The notes under the pieces were generated by a model that ran no database searches, was not told the DNA's origin, and saw only the letters and a program-made list of their open reading frames with translations. Of a DNA stretch of 64,000 nucleotides, positions 37,201 through 51,800 are shown piece after piece. The stretch covers positions 186,001 through 250,000 of the forward strand of contig VJWM01000227.1 in NCBI GenBank assembly GCA_010909165.1, in the 5' to 3' direction. Both the position numbers and the translations under genes were made by a program. This DNA is from Anthoceros angustus. Lineage: Eukaryota; Plantae; Anthocerotophyta. Within the stretch, counting starts at the first letter, position 1, and every line of letters begins with the position of its first letter.

Positions 37201-40200
37201 GAGCTACAACTCCAAGATGCGTCGGAGCGGTGATTCTCAACGAGAATCCACGACTTGAGCGAAATAGAGTGCCTCGGCTCCGTCTACGGAGGAAAATCGG
37301 CGACTATCCAAGGAGTTGGGCGTTGCCGAGCTCTGAGAGAGGAAGTCCGAGTCGGACGGAGGTCACCGCTGGAGGGAGAGCTTGAGCAGGCGCTCGGGAG
37401 GCGGCGGCCGGAGGCCCCGCCGGCGTGCAAGGGCGCCTGAGGTGGGGGTCGTCCTTGAGACCAAGCGGAGGAGGACGATCGGGAGGATTCCGGACTCCAT
37501 ACGTCTGAGCGAACCCCTCACCACCTGTGGAAGTTTGGGAGGCGATTCCCCTTCCTCCTTTTGGTGCCCCTCGAGGCGGAAGGAGGAGGAGAGCCACGGA
37601 GGAGGCGAGGCGGAAGAGGCCCGCACCGCAGTGCCAACAACCACGACCGCCGAGCCCCGACGAACTCAGCGGGAGCCGAGGCGGAAGACGGTGCTTACCA
37701 ACGCAGACCTCGGAAGGTGCAGACTTACCCCGCCACCTGAGTGGCAAGAGGTCAAGAGGCGGTAAGGAGGCGAAGGGACGTGGCCCAAGGAGCAGGAGGT
37801 CACCGCGCAGCCCACCTCGAGCCGGCCTGCCCCTGTGAAGGGGCAAAAGAGCTTGCTCCGGACCCCTCACCTCCTCCGAGCCCCGTGAGAAAGAGGGCAC
37901 AAAGGAGTTAGAGGCCAAGAGGGCCAAGAGGGTGAGACTCGGACCTCACCACTCGGGACCGAGGGTCCCGATTAGGTCCGAGAACCCCCCGACTTACTCG
38001 GATGCAGTATGGAGGTCCTGGACCGAGAAATGCCTCCCACTACGGACTTTGTGGGGGCCTCACTCAGTGGAAGAAACACGAGTCTGCCACTGGACGGAAT
38101 GCTTTGGGGTCTCTGTGGTACAGAGAAGACCTGTGAAGTGGAGGCCACCCGAGGAGGATGGTGGAACCCAAGAGCAAGTGAAGGCGGCCGAGGGGCAAAG
38201 GAAAAGGCGGAGTCCCTCGGATCGAGGAAGGAAGCGCCGGGTGGCGGAGCGAGGCCAGGCGGCGGCAGATGGAGGCCGGGCCAAGGTTCTTCACAGAACA
38301 AGCAAGCCTGGAGGCCCAAGCGGAGGACCTTGCAGCGAAGGCGGAGGAGCGCGAGCAGGAGGAGGAGGCCCGCACAAGCAGAGAGAGCTCGGGACTGGCG
38401 GAGGCGGCCGGAGGAGGAGGCGAGGCGGAAGAGGCGGTAAGGAGGCGAGGCGGAAGAGGCGGCGGATGGAGGCAGCAGACGGACCTGGAAGGCTCGAGAG
38501 GCCCAAGCGGACTCGGGAGGAGGCGAGAAAGGCGGAGGCGAGGCCAGGCGGCGGAGGAGGATGGAGGCCGACTCGGGAGATAGGGGATCTCCGAGCACAA
38601 TGCAGAGGAAGTAGAGGAGAGGCGGCAGATGGAGGACAAGAAGGACACTGGAGCTACAACCCAAGATGCGCTTGAGCAGTGATTCTCAACGAGAGAATCC
38701 ACGACTCGAGCACGAAATAGAGTGCCTCGGCTCCGTCTCAAGACGGAGGAAAATCGGCGACTATCCAAGGAGTTGGACGCTGCTGTGCTGTATGAGCGGA
38801 GGAAGTCCGAGTCGGACGGAGGTATCCGATCACTGGAGAGGGAGTCATGAGCTAAAGGCCGAGAATGAGCGGAGGCGAGGCGGAAGGAGGAAGAAGGCTG
38901 GTCCAGTGAGAAAGGCGGAAGGAGCAGCTGCGCTATGGCGGGTGGCGAGCGAGGCCAGGCGGTTCAGACGGGCCAAGGTTCTTGTGTCGACAGTGAAACA
39001 AGCTCGAGGCCCAAGCGGGCGGAGGACCTTTGCGAGAGCGCGGGAGGCGGAGGCGGCGAGAGAGCTCGGGACCAGGCGGCGGCAGCGCCAAGTGGGCGAG
39101 CCAGTAAAGCGGCGAAGGTCGGAAGCCGCGGCAAGCGGCGGATCACTCTGACGTGAACCGGTGGAGAGAGTCAGCAGAGGCTAACTCGAGCCGGCTATGG
39201 AGCGAGCGAGGCGGCGGGAGGCGATGGAGGCCAGACTCGGGAGATAGGGGATCTCCAGGTGCAGTAGGAAGTAGAGGCGGCGGCAGATGGAGGACCAGGA
39301 CACTGGAGCTACAACTCCAAGATGCGTCGGGCGTGATTCTCAACGAGAGAATCCACGACTTGAGCACGAAATAGAGTGCCTCCTCTGACGGAGGAAAATC
39401 GGCGACTATCCAAGGAGTTGGGCGTTGCCGAGCTCTGAGAGCTGGAGGAAGTCCGAGTCGGACGGAGGTATCCGATCACTGGAGAGGAGGCGGCGGAGCT
39501 AAGGCCGAGAATGAGCGGAGGGCGCGAGCAGGCGAAAAGAAGGCTGGTCCAGTGAAGGCGGAAGGAGCAGCTGCGCTATGGCGGTGGTGGCAATGGAGAG
39601 GAAGCAGCGGAGGCGGAGGCGGGTGGAGCAAGCGTAGAGGTGGAGGCCGCCTTGTAGCCTCGCGTGATCTGACCGGCTCCGGTGTCAAATCTGGCGGAGA
39701 GGTGGCCCAACAAGCCGGGCACGCCCCTCCGGAACACTTATGGCGGAGGGAGTATCGGGTGCTCGGGCACACGTGGAAGAGGCAATTCAACAAGTCGATT
39801 CGGACTTTGCCTATTACCACGAGCTCCGTAGAAGCCTCTCGGCCCTGCAAGCAGACGGACCTGGAGGCTCGAGAGGAGATGAAGGCCACGGGGCAGACAG
39901 GACCCTAGTGGCCTGTTTGGAGATGACGGAGCGGCGGAGGAGCAGGAGGAGGCGAGCGAGGAGGCGGATCACGGCGAGGTAAGCACCGCACCTCACCATG
40001 GAAGGAGGGCCAGAAGGAGTCACGGGATCGGGAGCAAGAGGAGGACTTGAGGAGAGCCACGGAGGAGTCCGTGAGGAGGAAACCGGGTGGGCGTGAGTCC
40101 GGACTTTGTCCGGACCCAGGCCGGACCACAAGTCCGGACCTCGGTCGTCCGGACCACGAGTCGGACCCCGTGTCGTCCGGACCACAAGTCCGGACCCCGT

Positions 40201-42831
40201 GTCCGGACCACGAGGTCCGGACCCAGACAAGGTCGGACCTAGCCGGGACCGAAATAAGCGGACTCCACGAGTTCGGAGTCGAGGCAGACCTCGAGGCCGG
40301 GCAGCGATGAGGAGCCCCTTGACTTACGCTAGGGGAGCCGATGGTGGTGGCCCCACCGGCGAAGGACCCGAGGAGGCAGGAGGATGACGTCGTGGTAGCG
40401 GTTGTCGACCGCCAGAGCTAACGGCGATTAGAGAGGAGGGCCCGCCTCACGGATCATCCGATTGGGTGCACCACAAGCTGTCGGGGGATTGGACCACCCA
40501 TTCGAGGCGGGCCAGGACCTTCCACCAGTCGGGAAGGAGATAGGGGAAATAGGTGGTAGGCCGATTAGGGTATACCGGTGGCTATCATCGGAATAGGGGT
40601 GTAATAAAGACGCCTTGGGCGCAGATAAGAGGGCCGAGGCCAGGCGGTTCAGGGGCCGGGCCAAGGTTCGTTGACAGGCTCGAGAGGCCCAAGCGGGCGG
40701 AGGACCTTTGCGGCGAAGAGCCGGAGGCGGAAGAGGCGGCACAAGCGAGCTCGGGACTGGCGGAGGCGGCCGGCTAAGCGGCGCCAAGTGGGCGAGCCAG
40801 TAAAGCGGCGAAGGTGAGCCGCGGCAAGCGGCAGGATCACTACAGGCGTGATCGGGCCGGTGGAAAGTCGGCATGACGAGGCTAACTCGAAGGCCGCCTA
40901 TGGGCGAGCAAGGGCGGAAGGAGGATGGAGGCCGGCCTCGGGAGATAGGGGATCTCAGGCAGTGAGTAGAGGAGGCGGCGGCGAGATGGAGGGGCAGCAG
41001 GACCTGGAGCTACAACTCCAAGATCGTCGGGCGGTGATTCTCAGCGAGAATCCACGACCTTGAGCACGAGTGCCTCGGCTCCGTCGAAGGCGGAGGAAAA
41101 TCGGCGACTATCGAGGTTGGGCGTTGCCGAGCTCTGAAGGAGGCTGGAGGAAGTCCGAGTCGGACGGAGGTATCCGATCACTGGAGAGGAGGCGGCGGAG
41201 CTAAGGCGGAATGAGCGGAGGCCGAGCCTGGGCGAGAAGAAGCTGCTGGTCCGGTGAGAAAGGCGGAAGAGCCTGCGCTATGGCGGTGGTGGCAATGGAG
41301 AGGAAAAGGCGGAGGAGGCGAGGCGGCGGAGCAGCGGAGGAGGTCCGGACCGAGGCCGCCTTGTAGCCTCGCGTGATCTGACCGGCTCGGTATCAAATCT
41401 GGCGGAGAGGTGGCCCAACAAGCGGCCGCCTCCGGAACACTTATGGCGGAGGGAGTATCGGGTGCTCGGGCACACGTGGAAGAGGCAATTCAACAAGTCG
41501 ATTCGGACTTTGCCTATTACCACGAGCTCTGGCGGTAGAAGCCTCTACCAAAGAGCCTGGAAGGCTCGAGAGGCCCAAGCGGAGGACCCTAGTGGCCTGT
41601 TTGGAGATGAGGAGGCGGAGCGGAAGGCGGAGGGCGAGCGAGGAGGCGGCGGATCGGCGAGGTAAGCACCGCACCTCACCATGGAAGGAGGGCCAGCGAA
41701 GGAGTCACGGGCGATCGGGGAGGACTTGAGAGAGCCACGGAGGTCCGTGAGGAGAAACCGGGTGGGCGTGAGTCGGACTTTGTCCGGACCCGGAGGCCGG
41801 ACCAAGTCGGACCTCGGTAATAAGTCCGGACCACGGTCCGGACCCCGTGTCCGGACCCCGTGTCATCCGGACCACGAGGTCCGGACCCAGGCAAGGTCGG
41901 ACCTGGCCGGACCCGAAATAAGCGGACTCAAGTTCGGAGTCGAGGCAGACCTCGAGGGGGGCTGTGGCGGAGGAGCCCCTTCGACTTACGCTAGGAGCGA
42001 ATGGTGGACCGTGAAGGACCCGAGGAGGGCCAGGAGGAGGATGACGTCGTGGTAGCGGTTGTCGAAGGCGGAGGAGTCCGTGAGGAGAGAGGCCCGCCTC
42101 ACGGATCATCCGATTGCTGGCGAAGTTGGACCACCCATTCGGCGGGGCCAGGACCTTCCAGAGCGAAGGAGATAGGGGATAGGATGGTAGGCGATTAGGG
42201 TATACCGGTGGCTATCATTTCGAGAATAGGGGTGTAATAAAGGCGCCTTGGGCGCGATATAAGAGGGCCGAGGCTCTAGTAAAGCATCTTTCTCTTGGTG
42301 TTGATGCGCGTTCTTGCACCTTTGTGAGTCTTCTTGCTAACGTGAGTCCCGAGTCACGAGCACGGCGGCTCGGGAGATTGATCAAGGTCCCGTGACGGAC
42401 TTAAGCGTTGTGGTGTGTGCGGGGAAGGGTGGTGTGACCCGTGCTCGTCGAGCCGCGGTCCGACCGGCAATTTGGAGCGTGTGGAGGAGGAACTCGGGAG
42501 GCGTGTAGAGCCGGACGGAGGCCCGGCGGAGCAGCGGAGGAGGTCCGGGCGTAACCCGTCTTTTCTAAGGCGAGTGTAGCGTGAGGGAGAGAGGAAAGGG
42601 GGATGCGTGAGGGATGTATGTGAGCATCTGGAGCCAACGGGTCCTAAACGTTTGGCCATCGGCTGTCACGGTGAACGTGTGAGTAGTTAGGAGTATGTGT
42701 GTGTGTTGAGGCGAGCGGCGCTAAGGGCGGTAGAATCACCGAAGCGGTAACGGGCCTATCATTCCCTTGGGAACGGACTTCTTCCTACAACGACACGGAT
42801 TGTGCGCGCCATCATCGAAAAGTCCGCCACA
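34295..42831 (+). repeat. Gypsy 5' LTR (~8.5 kb as assembled, with internal segmental duplications)
   Basis: Same termini and content as 53068-57834, with several blocks present twice (e.g. ~35860-36700 vs ~37430-38240; ~39100-40620 vs ~40780-42250). Confidence 0.85.
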
Positions 42832-42899
42832 TTTTGGCGCTTGCGGGGAATGAAATCGATGCGTGGTCGCAAAGTGCGTCCTTAGGAAGAGAAGGTAAG

Positions 42900-45800
42900 T
42901 GAATGCGTGGCGGTCGGCGGCGGTCAAGTGAACCGTCGGGAGGATCGGACGTGGTCACCTCGCGTGCTCTCCGAGCCGAGGGAGAGAGAGAGGCGTCAAA
43001 CCCAACGAGAGAGCACCGTCGATCGGAGGAGAGCGTGGTCGGTGTCGGACCAAGACGAGTACGGGTACAAGGGGCGCCACGGAAGAAGGTAGGATGCCAC
43101 GCCTAACCCGATGGCGGCCATGGCCCCTACCTCGACCAAACAAGCGTACTCCATATTCGGAGGGAAGAAGGAGCGGGATGCGAGACCTTTGTGGAGGACT
43201 TCATGTCCAAAGCCAACTTCAACGGAGAGGAGGCAGCCATCATCCAGCTTTTCCAAGGGGTTCTCAGGGGCAATGCTCAATGGTATCGGAGAAAGTACCG
43301 ACCACAGAATGCCCCACCCGCCTCGTTTGAAGCTTTGAAAATGCCTTCTTAGAACGGTTTCGAGGATCGACCGGGAGGGTATGTATTATCAAAGTTGGAA
43401 AATCGCGAGGAAGAAGGAGAAGCTGGCTCGTACATCGAGCGGTTCTATGCGAGGATCGGCATCCAACCCATACCACGATGCAAGCGGTGGTTCGGCCGGT
43501 CTAGCCAAACCCATGGCGAGCCCGTCCGCTGGCCGAGAAGGGCGTGGGCAAGGCGGTCAGGCGGAAAACTACGAGGAATCGCTACATCGAGGATAAAGAA
43601 ATCCGCTCAAGGAGGCAAGAAGAAGAAGAAGCGGGGTTCGGACTCAGGAGGAAGAGTCTTGAGGAGGAGGAGGAAGACCAATCGGAGGTGTCTTGGAGGA
43701 GGAGCGTCAAGAAGAGACGGAGGTCTCTAGCGAGGAAGAGTATCCCAAGAAGAAGAGCAAGAAGCCCGGCTAAAAGAAGCGGGGTAAGAAGGAGGTGGTG
43801 ACACCACCGGTCCAGAAGCTCCGGACCCGACTCCCTCAAGGAGGTGGCAGTGGGAGGACTGGAAAAAGTGATAAAGAGAGTAGAGGACAGCGATAAACGG
43901 TTAAGGACCGAGGCGGCGGAAAACACCGACTACGGTGCGAGCATCTCGGTGTCGTGTGCCGACCCGGCCATTCGAATCAAGCGCCTCAAGGCCGGTGCAT
44001 CAAGTGGACTACGAATACGAGGAGGAGGCGAGGAGCAATGGAAGAGGCCTATCAGTGCAGAAGCCCCTCAGGCGCGATATCCCAAAACCATGTATCCGCC
44101 AACCGGAGGTCCGTCACAACGAGCCCCACCGATGCGACCGCATGGGAGCCCTTCGTATCCTCCGTGTGGTGGTCTTGGGCTGCGGAATCTGGCCATTACT
44201 CCAACGCGTGTCCGTACCCAGGCGGTAATGGGGACTTCGTGTGGCGGCGCAAGCGGTGGGCATATATGAGCGACGCTATGTCCCAACCCCGCAAGGCGGT
44301 CGAGCGGCGAAAACTACGAGGAATCGCTACATCGGAGGATAAAGAAATCCGCTCAAGGAGGCAAGAAGAAGAAGAAGCGGGGTTCGGACTCAGGAGGAAG
44401 AGTCTTGAGGAGGAGGAGGAAGACCAATCGGAGGTGTCTTGGAGGAGGAGCGTCAAGAAGAGACGGAGGTCTCTAGCGAGGAAGAGTATCCCAAGAAGAA
44501 GAGCAAGAAGCCCGGCTAAAAGAAGCGGGGTAAGAAGGAGGTGGTGACACCACCGGTCCAGAAGCTCCGGACCCGACTCCCTCAAGGAGGTGGCAGTGGG
44601 AGGACTGGAAAAAGTGATAAAGAGAGTAGAGGACAGCGATAAACGGTTAAGGACCGAGGCGGCGGAAAACACCGACTACGGTGCGAGCATCTCGGTGTCG
44701 TGTGCCGACCCGGCCATTCGAATCAAGCGCCTCAAGGCCGGTGCATCAAGTGGACTACGAATACGAGGAGGAGGCGAGGAGCAATGGAAGAGGCCTATCA
44801 GTGCAGAAGCCCCTCAGGCGCGATATCCCAAAACCATGTATCCGTCAACCGGTCATCACGGCCCCGATGCACGACCGCATGGGAGCCCTTCGTATCCTCC
44901 GTGTGGTGGTCTTGGGCTGCGGAATCTGGCCATTACTCCAACGCGTGTCCGTACCCAGGCGGTAATGGGGACTTCGTGTGGCGGCCAAGCGGTGGGCATA
45001 TATGAGCGACGCTATGTCCCAACCCCGCAAGGCGGTCGAGCGGCGAAAACTACGAGGAATCGCTACATCGGAGGATAAAGAAATCCGCTCAAGGAGGCAA
45101 GAAGAAGAAGAAGCGGGGTTCGAGACTCAGGAGGAAGAGTCTTGAGGAGGAGGAAGACCAATCGGAGGTGTCTTGAGGAGGAGGCGTCGTCCAGAAGAGA
45201 CGGAGGTCTCTAGCGAGGAAGAGTATCCCGCAGAAGAAGAGCAAGAAGCCCGGCTAAAAGAAGCGGTAAGAAGGAGGTGGTGACACCGGCCGGTCCGAGA
45301 AGCTCCGGACCCGACTCCCTCAAGGAGGTGGCAGTGCGGGAGGACTGGAAAAAGTGATAAAGAGAGTAGAGGACACAGCGATAAACCAGTTAAGGGGAGA
45401 GGCGGCGGAAAACGACTACGGTGCGAGCGCATCTACGGTGTCGTGTGCCGGCAACACGGCCATTCGAATCAAGCCTCAAGGCCGGTGCATCAAGTGGACT
45501 ACGAATACGAGGAGGAGGAGCAATGGGAAGAGGCCTATCAGTGCAGAAGCCCCTCCGGGCGCGATATCCCAAAACCATGTATCCGTCAGCGGAGGTCCGT
45601 CAGCGAGCCCCACCGATGCGACCGCATGGGAGCCCTTCGTATCCTCCGTGCAGGGTAGTGCATTGGGCTGCGGAATCCGCCATTACTCCAAGCGTGTCCG
45701 AGGCGGGGTAATGGGGACTTGTGTGGCGATAGTGGGCATATGACGATGCTATGTCCCAACCCCGCACAAGGCAGTACGATATGCCACACCAAGCGGAGAA

Positions 45801-48800
45801 CCCGACCACCAACGCCACCTCCTAAGGCTGACCGTCGGCAAGTCGAAGATGCTCGATTGGCGGAGTGGGAAGAGATTCCCAGTGCGAGATGGAAAGAACA
45901 AGAAGGTGCGGTGGGGGTCGAAAGGAAGGGAGTCGGGCGTGGAAATCTTGGAGGTGTCTACTCGTGGCGAAGGAAGGAGCGGCGAAAGGCGCGATTGAAG
46001 AAGAACAAGGAGGCGTCGGGCCGAGGAAGGCAATCAAACGGAAATACCGGCAGAGGATCCGACCGATGAAGGAGGAGGTGGGGCAGGCGGCTCTGGGAGG
46101 ATTACCGAAGGAAGTTCTCGACAGGGGCGGGGAGAAGGGCAGTGCCTCCGCGAGCCGATTTCCGGACGTAGTCCGGAGGTGACCGAGATGTTGCAGGAGG
46201 AAATGCGCAAGCATCCGGAGAATACCGAACAAGTGACCCGGGAGAGGATGAGGCCAGCGGGATCCTCGATTGGGGTAGAAGCCTCTCCTTTAATGTGGCG
46301 GACGATGATGAATCGGCACCTTGTGTCCTTTCGGCGAGGATAACCCAAATACCGACAAGAGGTCCGTCGGGCCGTTAGGAAAAGCCTCGGCGGAGCACCA
46401 AAGCCGGGAAGGGTAGCAGTGGAAGTGAGGGTGGTGTCCCATACGGACCCAGGCGCCCGATGGTACAAGTGGAGATTTGGATGTATCATCAAGGATGTAC
46501 CGTTGGACACGGGTCCGAGTCAACCTCATCACAAGCCACGGCACGGGTGGGCTTCACATCCTTGAACCCTCAACGAAGACTCGAGAATGGCGGACATGTC
46601 AAGAAGAGATCCGTGGGAGTTAACCGAGTCTTGGCCACCATAGCGTGCACCCTACAAACCGGATTTTGTTGTGATCAAACCGGCCGGACCATTAGGGTAT
46701 GAGGTGTTCTTTGGGCGGCCATGGGTTGGCCAGAAGCTACACTTTGGAAGGAAGGAGATTCACTTCAAGCCGGTGGGGGTCGAAAGGAAGGGAGTCGGGC
46801 GTGGAAATCTTGAGGTGTCTACTCGTGGCCGAAGGAAGGAGCGACGAAAGGCGCCGGTTGAAGAAGAACAAGGGAGGAAGCGTCACGGGCCAGGAAGGCA
46901 ATCAAGCGGAAATACCGGAGAGGATCCGATGAAGGAGGGCTGACGGGCGGCTCTGGGAGGGATTACCGAAGGAAGTTCTCCGATGGGGCAGGAGAAGGGC
47001 AGTGCCTCCGCGGCCAGCCGATTTCCGGGCAGTCGAGGTGGAGATGTTGCGGAGGAAATGCATCCGGAGAATACCGAACAGTGACCGGGAGAGGATGAGG
47101 GGGAGCAGGATCCTCGATTGGGGTAGAAGCCTCTGCCCCTTTAATGTGGCGGACGATGATGAATCGGCGCACCTTGTGTCCTTTCGGCGAGGATAACCCG
47201 AAAAAGAGGTCCGTCGGGCCGTTAGAAACCCAGCCTCGGCGGAGCACCAAAGCCGGGAAGGGTAGCATGGAAGTGAGGTGGTGTCCCATACGGACCCAGG
47301 CGATGGTACAAGTGGAGATTTGGATGTATCATCAAGGATGTACCGTTGGACACGGGTCCGAGTCAACCTCATCACGAAACCACGGCACGAAAATTGGGCT
47401 TCACATCCTTGAACCCTCAGAAGACTCGAGAATGGCGGACATGTCGAAGAGATCCGTGAGGAGTTAAAGTCTTGGCCACCATAGCCGCACCCTACAAACC
47501 GGATTTTGTTGTGATCAAACCGGACCATTAGGGTATGAGGTGTTCTTTGGGCGGCCATGGTGGGTTGGCCAGACAAGCTACACTTTGGAAGGAAGGAGAT
47601 TCACTTCAAGCGGTGGTGGGACCCTAAGGTGCGAGAAGGAGGGCTGACGGGCGGCCTGCCGGAGGGATTACCGAAGGAAGTTCTCCGTGCAGACGGGGAG
47701 AAGGGCAGTGCCTCCGCGGCCAGCCGATTTCCGGACGTGGTCAGGAGGTGACCGAGATGTTGCGGAGGAATCATGGCATCCGGAGAATACCGAACACCAA
47801 GTGACCCGGGAGAGGATGAGGCCAGCGGGATCCTCGATTGGGGTAGAAGCCTCCCCCCATGTGGCGGACGATGATGAATCGGCACCTTGTGTCCTTTCGG
47901 CGAGGATAACCCGAAATCTGACAAGAGGTCCGTCGGGCCGTTAGAAACCCAGCCTCGGAGCACCAAAGCCGGGAAGGGTAGCAGTGGAAGTGAGGGTGGT
48001 GTCCCATACGGACCCAGGCGCCCGATGGTACAAGTGGAGATTTGGATGTATCATCAAGGATGTGGACACGGGTCCGAGTCAACCTCATCACAAGCCACGG
48101 CACGAAAATTGGGCTTCACATCCTTGAACCCTCAGAAGACTCGAGAATGGCGGACATGTCAAGAAGAGATCCGTGGGGAGTTAACCGAGTCTTGGCCACC
48201 ATAGTGGCGCACCCTACAAAGCTGGATTTTGTTGTGATCAAACCGGCCGGACCATTAGGGTATGAGGTGTTCTTTGATGGTGGGTTGGCCAGACAAGCTA
48301 CACTTTGGAAGGAAGGAGATTCACTTCAAGCCGGTGGTGGGACCCTAAGGTGCGAGAAGGGAGGTTGCTATCACAGCAAGGACACCTATTGTGGGAAGCT
48401 GAGCACTACGAAGGGTATACCTCGTGGAGGACTCCAGCGACAACAAGATAGTTCCGAGGAGGCGTACCCTTTCGCCAAGATCCGCCGGTCCGAGGAGGAG
48501 ATGGACTACGGCGGGATGCCTTTGGTGCGGAAGTGGTTGATTGTTTTGAGTAAACGCCACAACGGGGGAGGAAGGAAGTGAAGAGGAGGTCGGACCCGGC
48601 TGAGGGAGGCAGTGAGAGTCGGACCAAGGAAGCGGACATCGAAGGAGTAACACGATTCACCTCCGACGAGCTCTTGAGAGAATGGGGATGCGAGAGGACG
48701 ATCCCGAGGAGGACGAGGGGTTTGGGCCAGGCGGCAGGCAGGAGGCAGTGAACCCGGACGTGGAAGAAGTGGAGGTCCGGCCCAGAAATTCGAAGTTTAA

Positions 48801-51800
48801 GAAAGGCATGCCTCCGGACTGAAGGAAGGACTAAAGCATTCTGGGGAGTTTTGAGGTGTTCGCCTTCAAGGTCACGGACATGAAGGGCATTAGAAGAAGT
48901 GGGGAGCATAAGATCGATTTGAAGCCGGAGGCGGTGCGGTCAAATCCGACAATACAAGCTCAACCCCAAGTATTCGATCAAGGTGAAGGAGGTCCTTGAT
49001 AAGTACACGGAGGCGGACATCATTTTCCCCATCGTCAGCGAGTGGGTCGCCGATTGTGGTGGTTCCCAAGAACAGCCAGACAAATTCGGTATGCCAAGAT
49101 TGGAGGAAGCTCAACGCCAGCGGAGAAGGACCACTTCCGATGCCATTCGTGACGACATTTTGGACAAGGTGGTGGACGGACTACTTACTCCTTCCTGGAT
49201 GGCTACTCGGATATAACCAATTGCACCTAAGGGAGTGAGATGGGACAAGACGACCTTCACTACTGAGTGGGGCGTTTGCCTACAAGAGAAGTGCCTTTGG
49301 GATGACCGGAGCGCCGGTCGTTCATGCGTATGGTGACCAACGCGTCTTCCGTGACTTCGAGGGACTTCATGGAGATATTCTGGATGATTTTGTGTGCATG
49401 GGGAGCGGGACAAACACCTTGGGCATCTAAGAAGGTGCTTGGGCTGCGGAGACTCAATTGAGCCTACACCGAGAAATGCTACTTTGGAATGACGGAGGGA
49501 ATCTTGGGACATCGGGTGTCGGCGGGGAATCGAGGTGGACGGGACAAGGTCCGGTCATCCAGTCTCTCCACACGAACCTAAAGGAGCGAGAGGTTTCACA
49601 GGAATGGTGGGATACTACCGCGGTTTATTAAGGACTTTGCGAAGAGGGCTAAGTTGCGAACTCTGCGGAAGGAGGAGGTTTGGACACAGTCACGAGGCGA
49701 GAGGAGGCCTTCGGGATTCTGAACACCTTGGTAAGCGCAGGTTCTAAGAGGACCGGATGGAGCAGAAATTTCATGTGTATGTAGAGTGTCCGCTTTTGCT
49801 ATCGGAGTAGTCTTGAGCGGAAGGACGACAAGCGGGATTATCCGTATACTACGACTGACATCCGGAACGAAAATACACAACTACTGAGGCCAAGCCGGGT
49901 ATGGTATATCTTTGTCAAGAAATTCCGACACTACACTACCCGGTGAGTTTGTGTTCTATGTAGACCACTTTTGAAGCATCGGTGAATAAAGGCGGACTGT
50001 CCGGACGGATAGCAAGGTGGATATTGTTGCTGCAGGAGTTCACGTTCAAGTGGAAACAAGACAAGGGAGGCACCAAAATGCATTTCCACGATTGAAAAGG
50101 CGGTGTTGAGAGATCGGAAGATGCGTTCCGGATGAGACATTGGTTGCGCGGTAAAAGTACAACCGGAGGAGCCCAGACGAACCCCAAGCTACGAGGGCGT
50201 AGCGAGCGGAGAAGGGTCACGGGCCGTCAAACCCTGAAGAAATAGCGGTACCTCAGGGAATGGAGCTTCCAAATCGACTCGTGGGAGAGGAGGCATTCGT
50301 GCACTATGCTCGACCCTTGAATGTACAACGGTGTGTGTTCAAATTAGGGCGGACGAGCGAAGGTACTTGCAACCGGCGAGGCAGGAGCGGTCGTCGAGGA
50401 ATGCACGAAGGATTGGGGGAGGACACTACGCAAGACAGTCACCACCAAAAGATTTTGAAGCGGGGATCTTGGTGGCCAACAATGTATGGGGACACCCACC
50501 GGTTTGTGAAGAAGTGTGATGCTTGTCGGATCGGAAAGCCAACCCCGACGACACGGTGGCCGCTAGTACCGATATTGGCACCGCACCTTCGAAAAGTGGG
50601 GTATTGACTTTGTTGGACCTATACCTGACAAGACACACACAAAGGAGATACATCCCGGTGGCAGCGGACTCGCACGGTGGGTAGAGGCGGTGGCGACAAG
50701 AACGGACTCCATAAAACCTGGCCAAATTCTGTCGAGAACATCATCATCGGATGTCCGCTGCGGTTGGTAAGTGATAGGGGAACCCATTTCCTTAATGATG
50801 TGGTGGCCGCCATGACGGAGTATTTCGGCATCAATCATCGCAAGACGGCACCCTACAATCCTAAGGCCAATGGGGCAGGAAGACAAATGGGCTCATCTGC
50901 GGGATCTGAATAAACTCACGATGAACTACGCCCATGCTGGATACCAAGCGCCATCCGCCTGTGGGCGTTAGAAGGTGACCACACAACGGACCCCTTCTTG
51001 ACCTACGGACACTCTCCGTAATGCCGGTGGAGTTTGAAGTGCCCACTTTTGAGTAATGATGGAAGGGAGGCGGAGGAGGAAAGCCATCGAGCGACTCTTG
51101 GGGTTTGTTGCACAGGAGGGGGAAGAAGCTCGGTGAAGATGCGATTGGTGCAAAACCAGTGAAGATTTGGCACGATCGCATTGCGGAATCGAGGTGGACG
51201 GGACAAGGTCCGGTCATCCGATCTCTCCGGCCGGAACCTAAAGGAGGCGAGAGGTTTCACAGGAATGGTGGGATACTACCGGTTTATTAAGGACTTTGCG
51301 GCTAAGTTGCGGAACTCTGCGGAAGGAGGAGGTTTGGACTGTCACGGAGGCGAGAGGAGGCCTTCGGATTCTGAACACCTTGGTAAGCGCCGGTTCTAAG
51401 AGGACCGGATGGAGCAGAAATTTCATGTGTATGTAGATGTCCGCTTTTGCTATCGGAGTAGTCTTGAGCGGAAGGACGACAAGCGGGATTATCCGTATAC
51501 TACTGAGGGCGGCGGCTCACCCCACGACGAAAATACACTTCTGAGGCCGAAGCCTTGGGTATGGTATATCTTGTCAAGAAATTCGACACTACACTACCCG
51601 GTGAGTTTGTGTTCTATGTAGACCACTTTCTTGAAGCATCGGTGAATAAGGCGGACTGTCCGGACGGATAGCAAGGTGGATATTGTTGCTGCGAGTTCAC
51701 GTTGAAGTGGAAACAAGACAAGGAGGCGGCACCAAAATGCGATTTCATCACGATTGAAAAGGCGGTGTTGAGAGATCGGGAAGATGCGTTCCGGATGAGA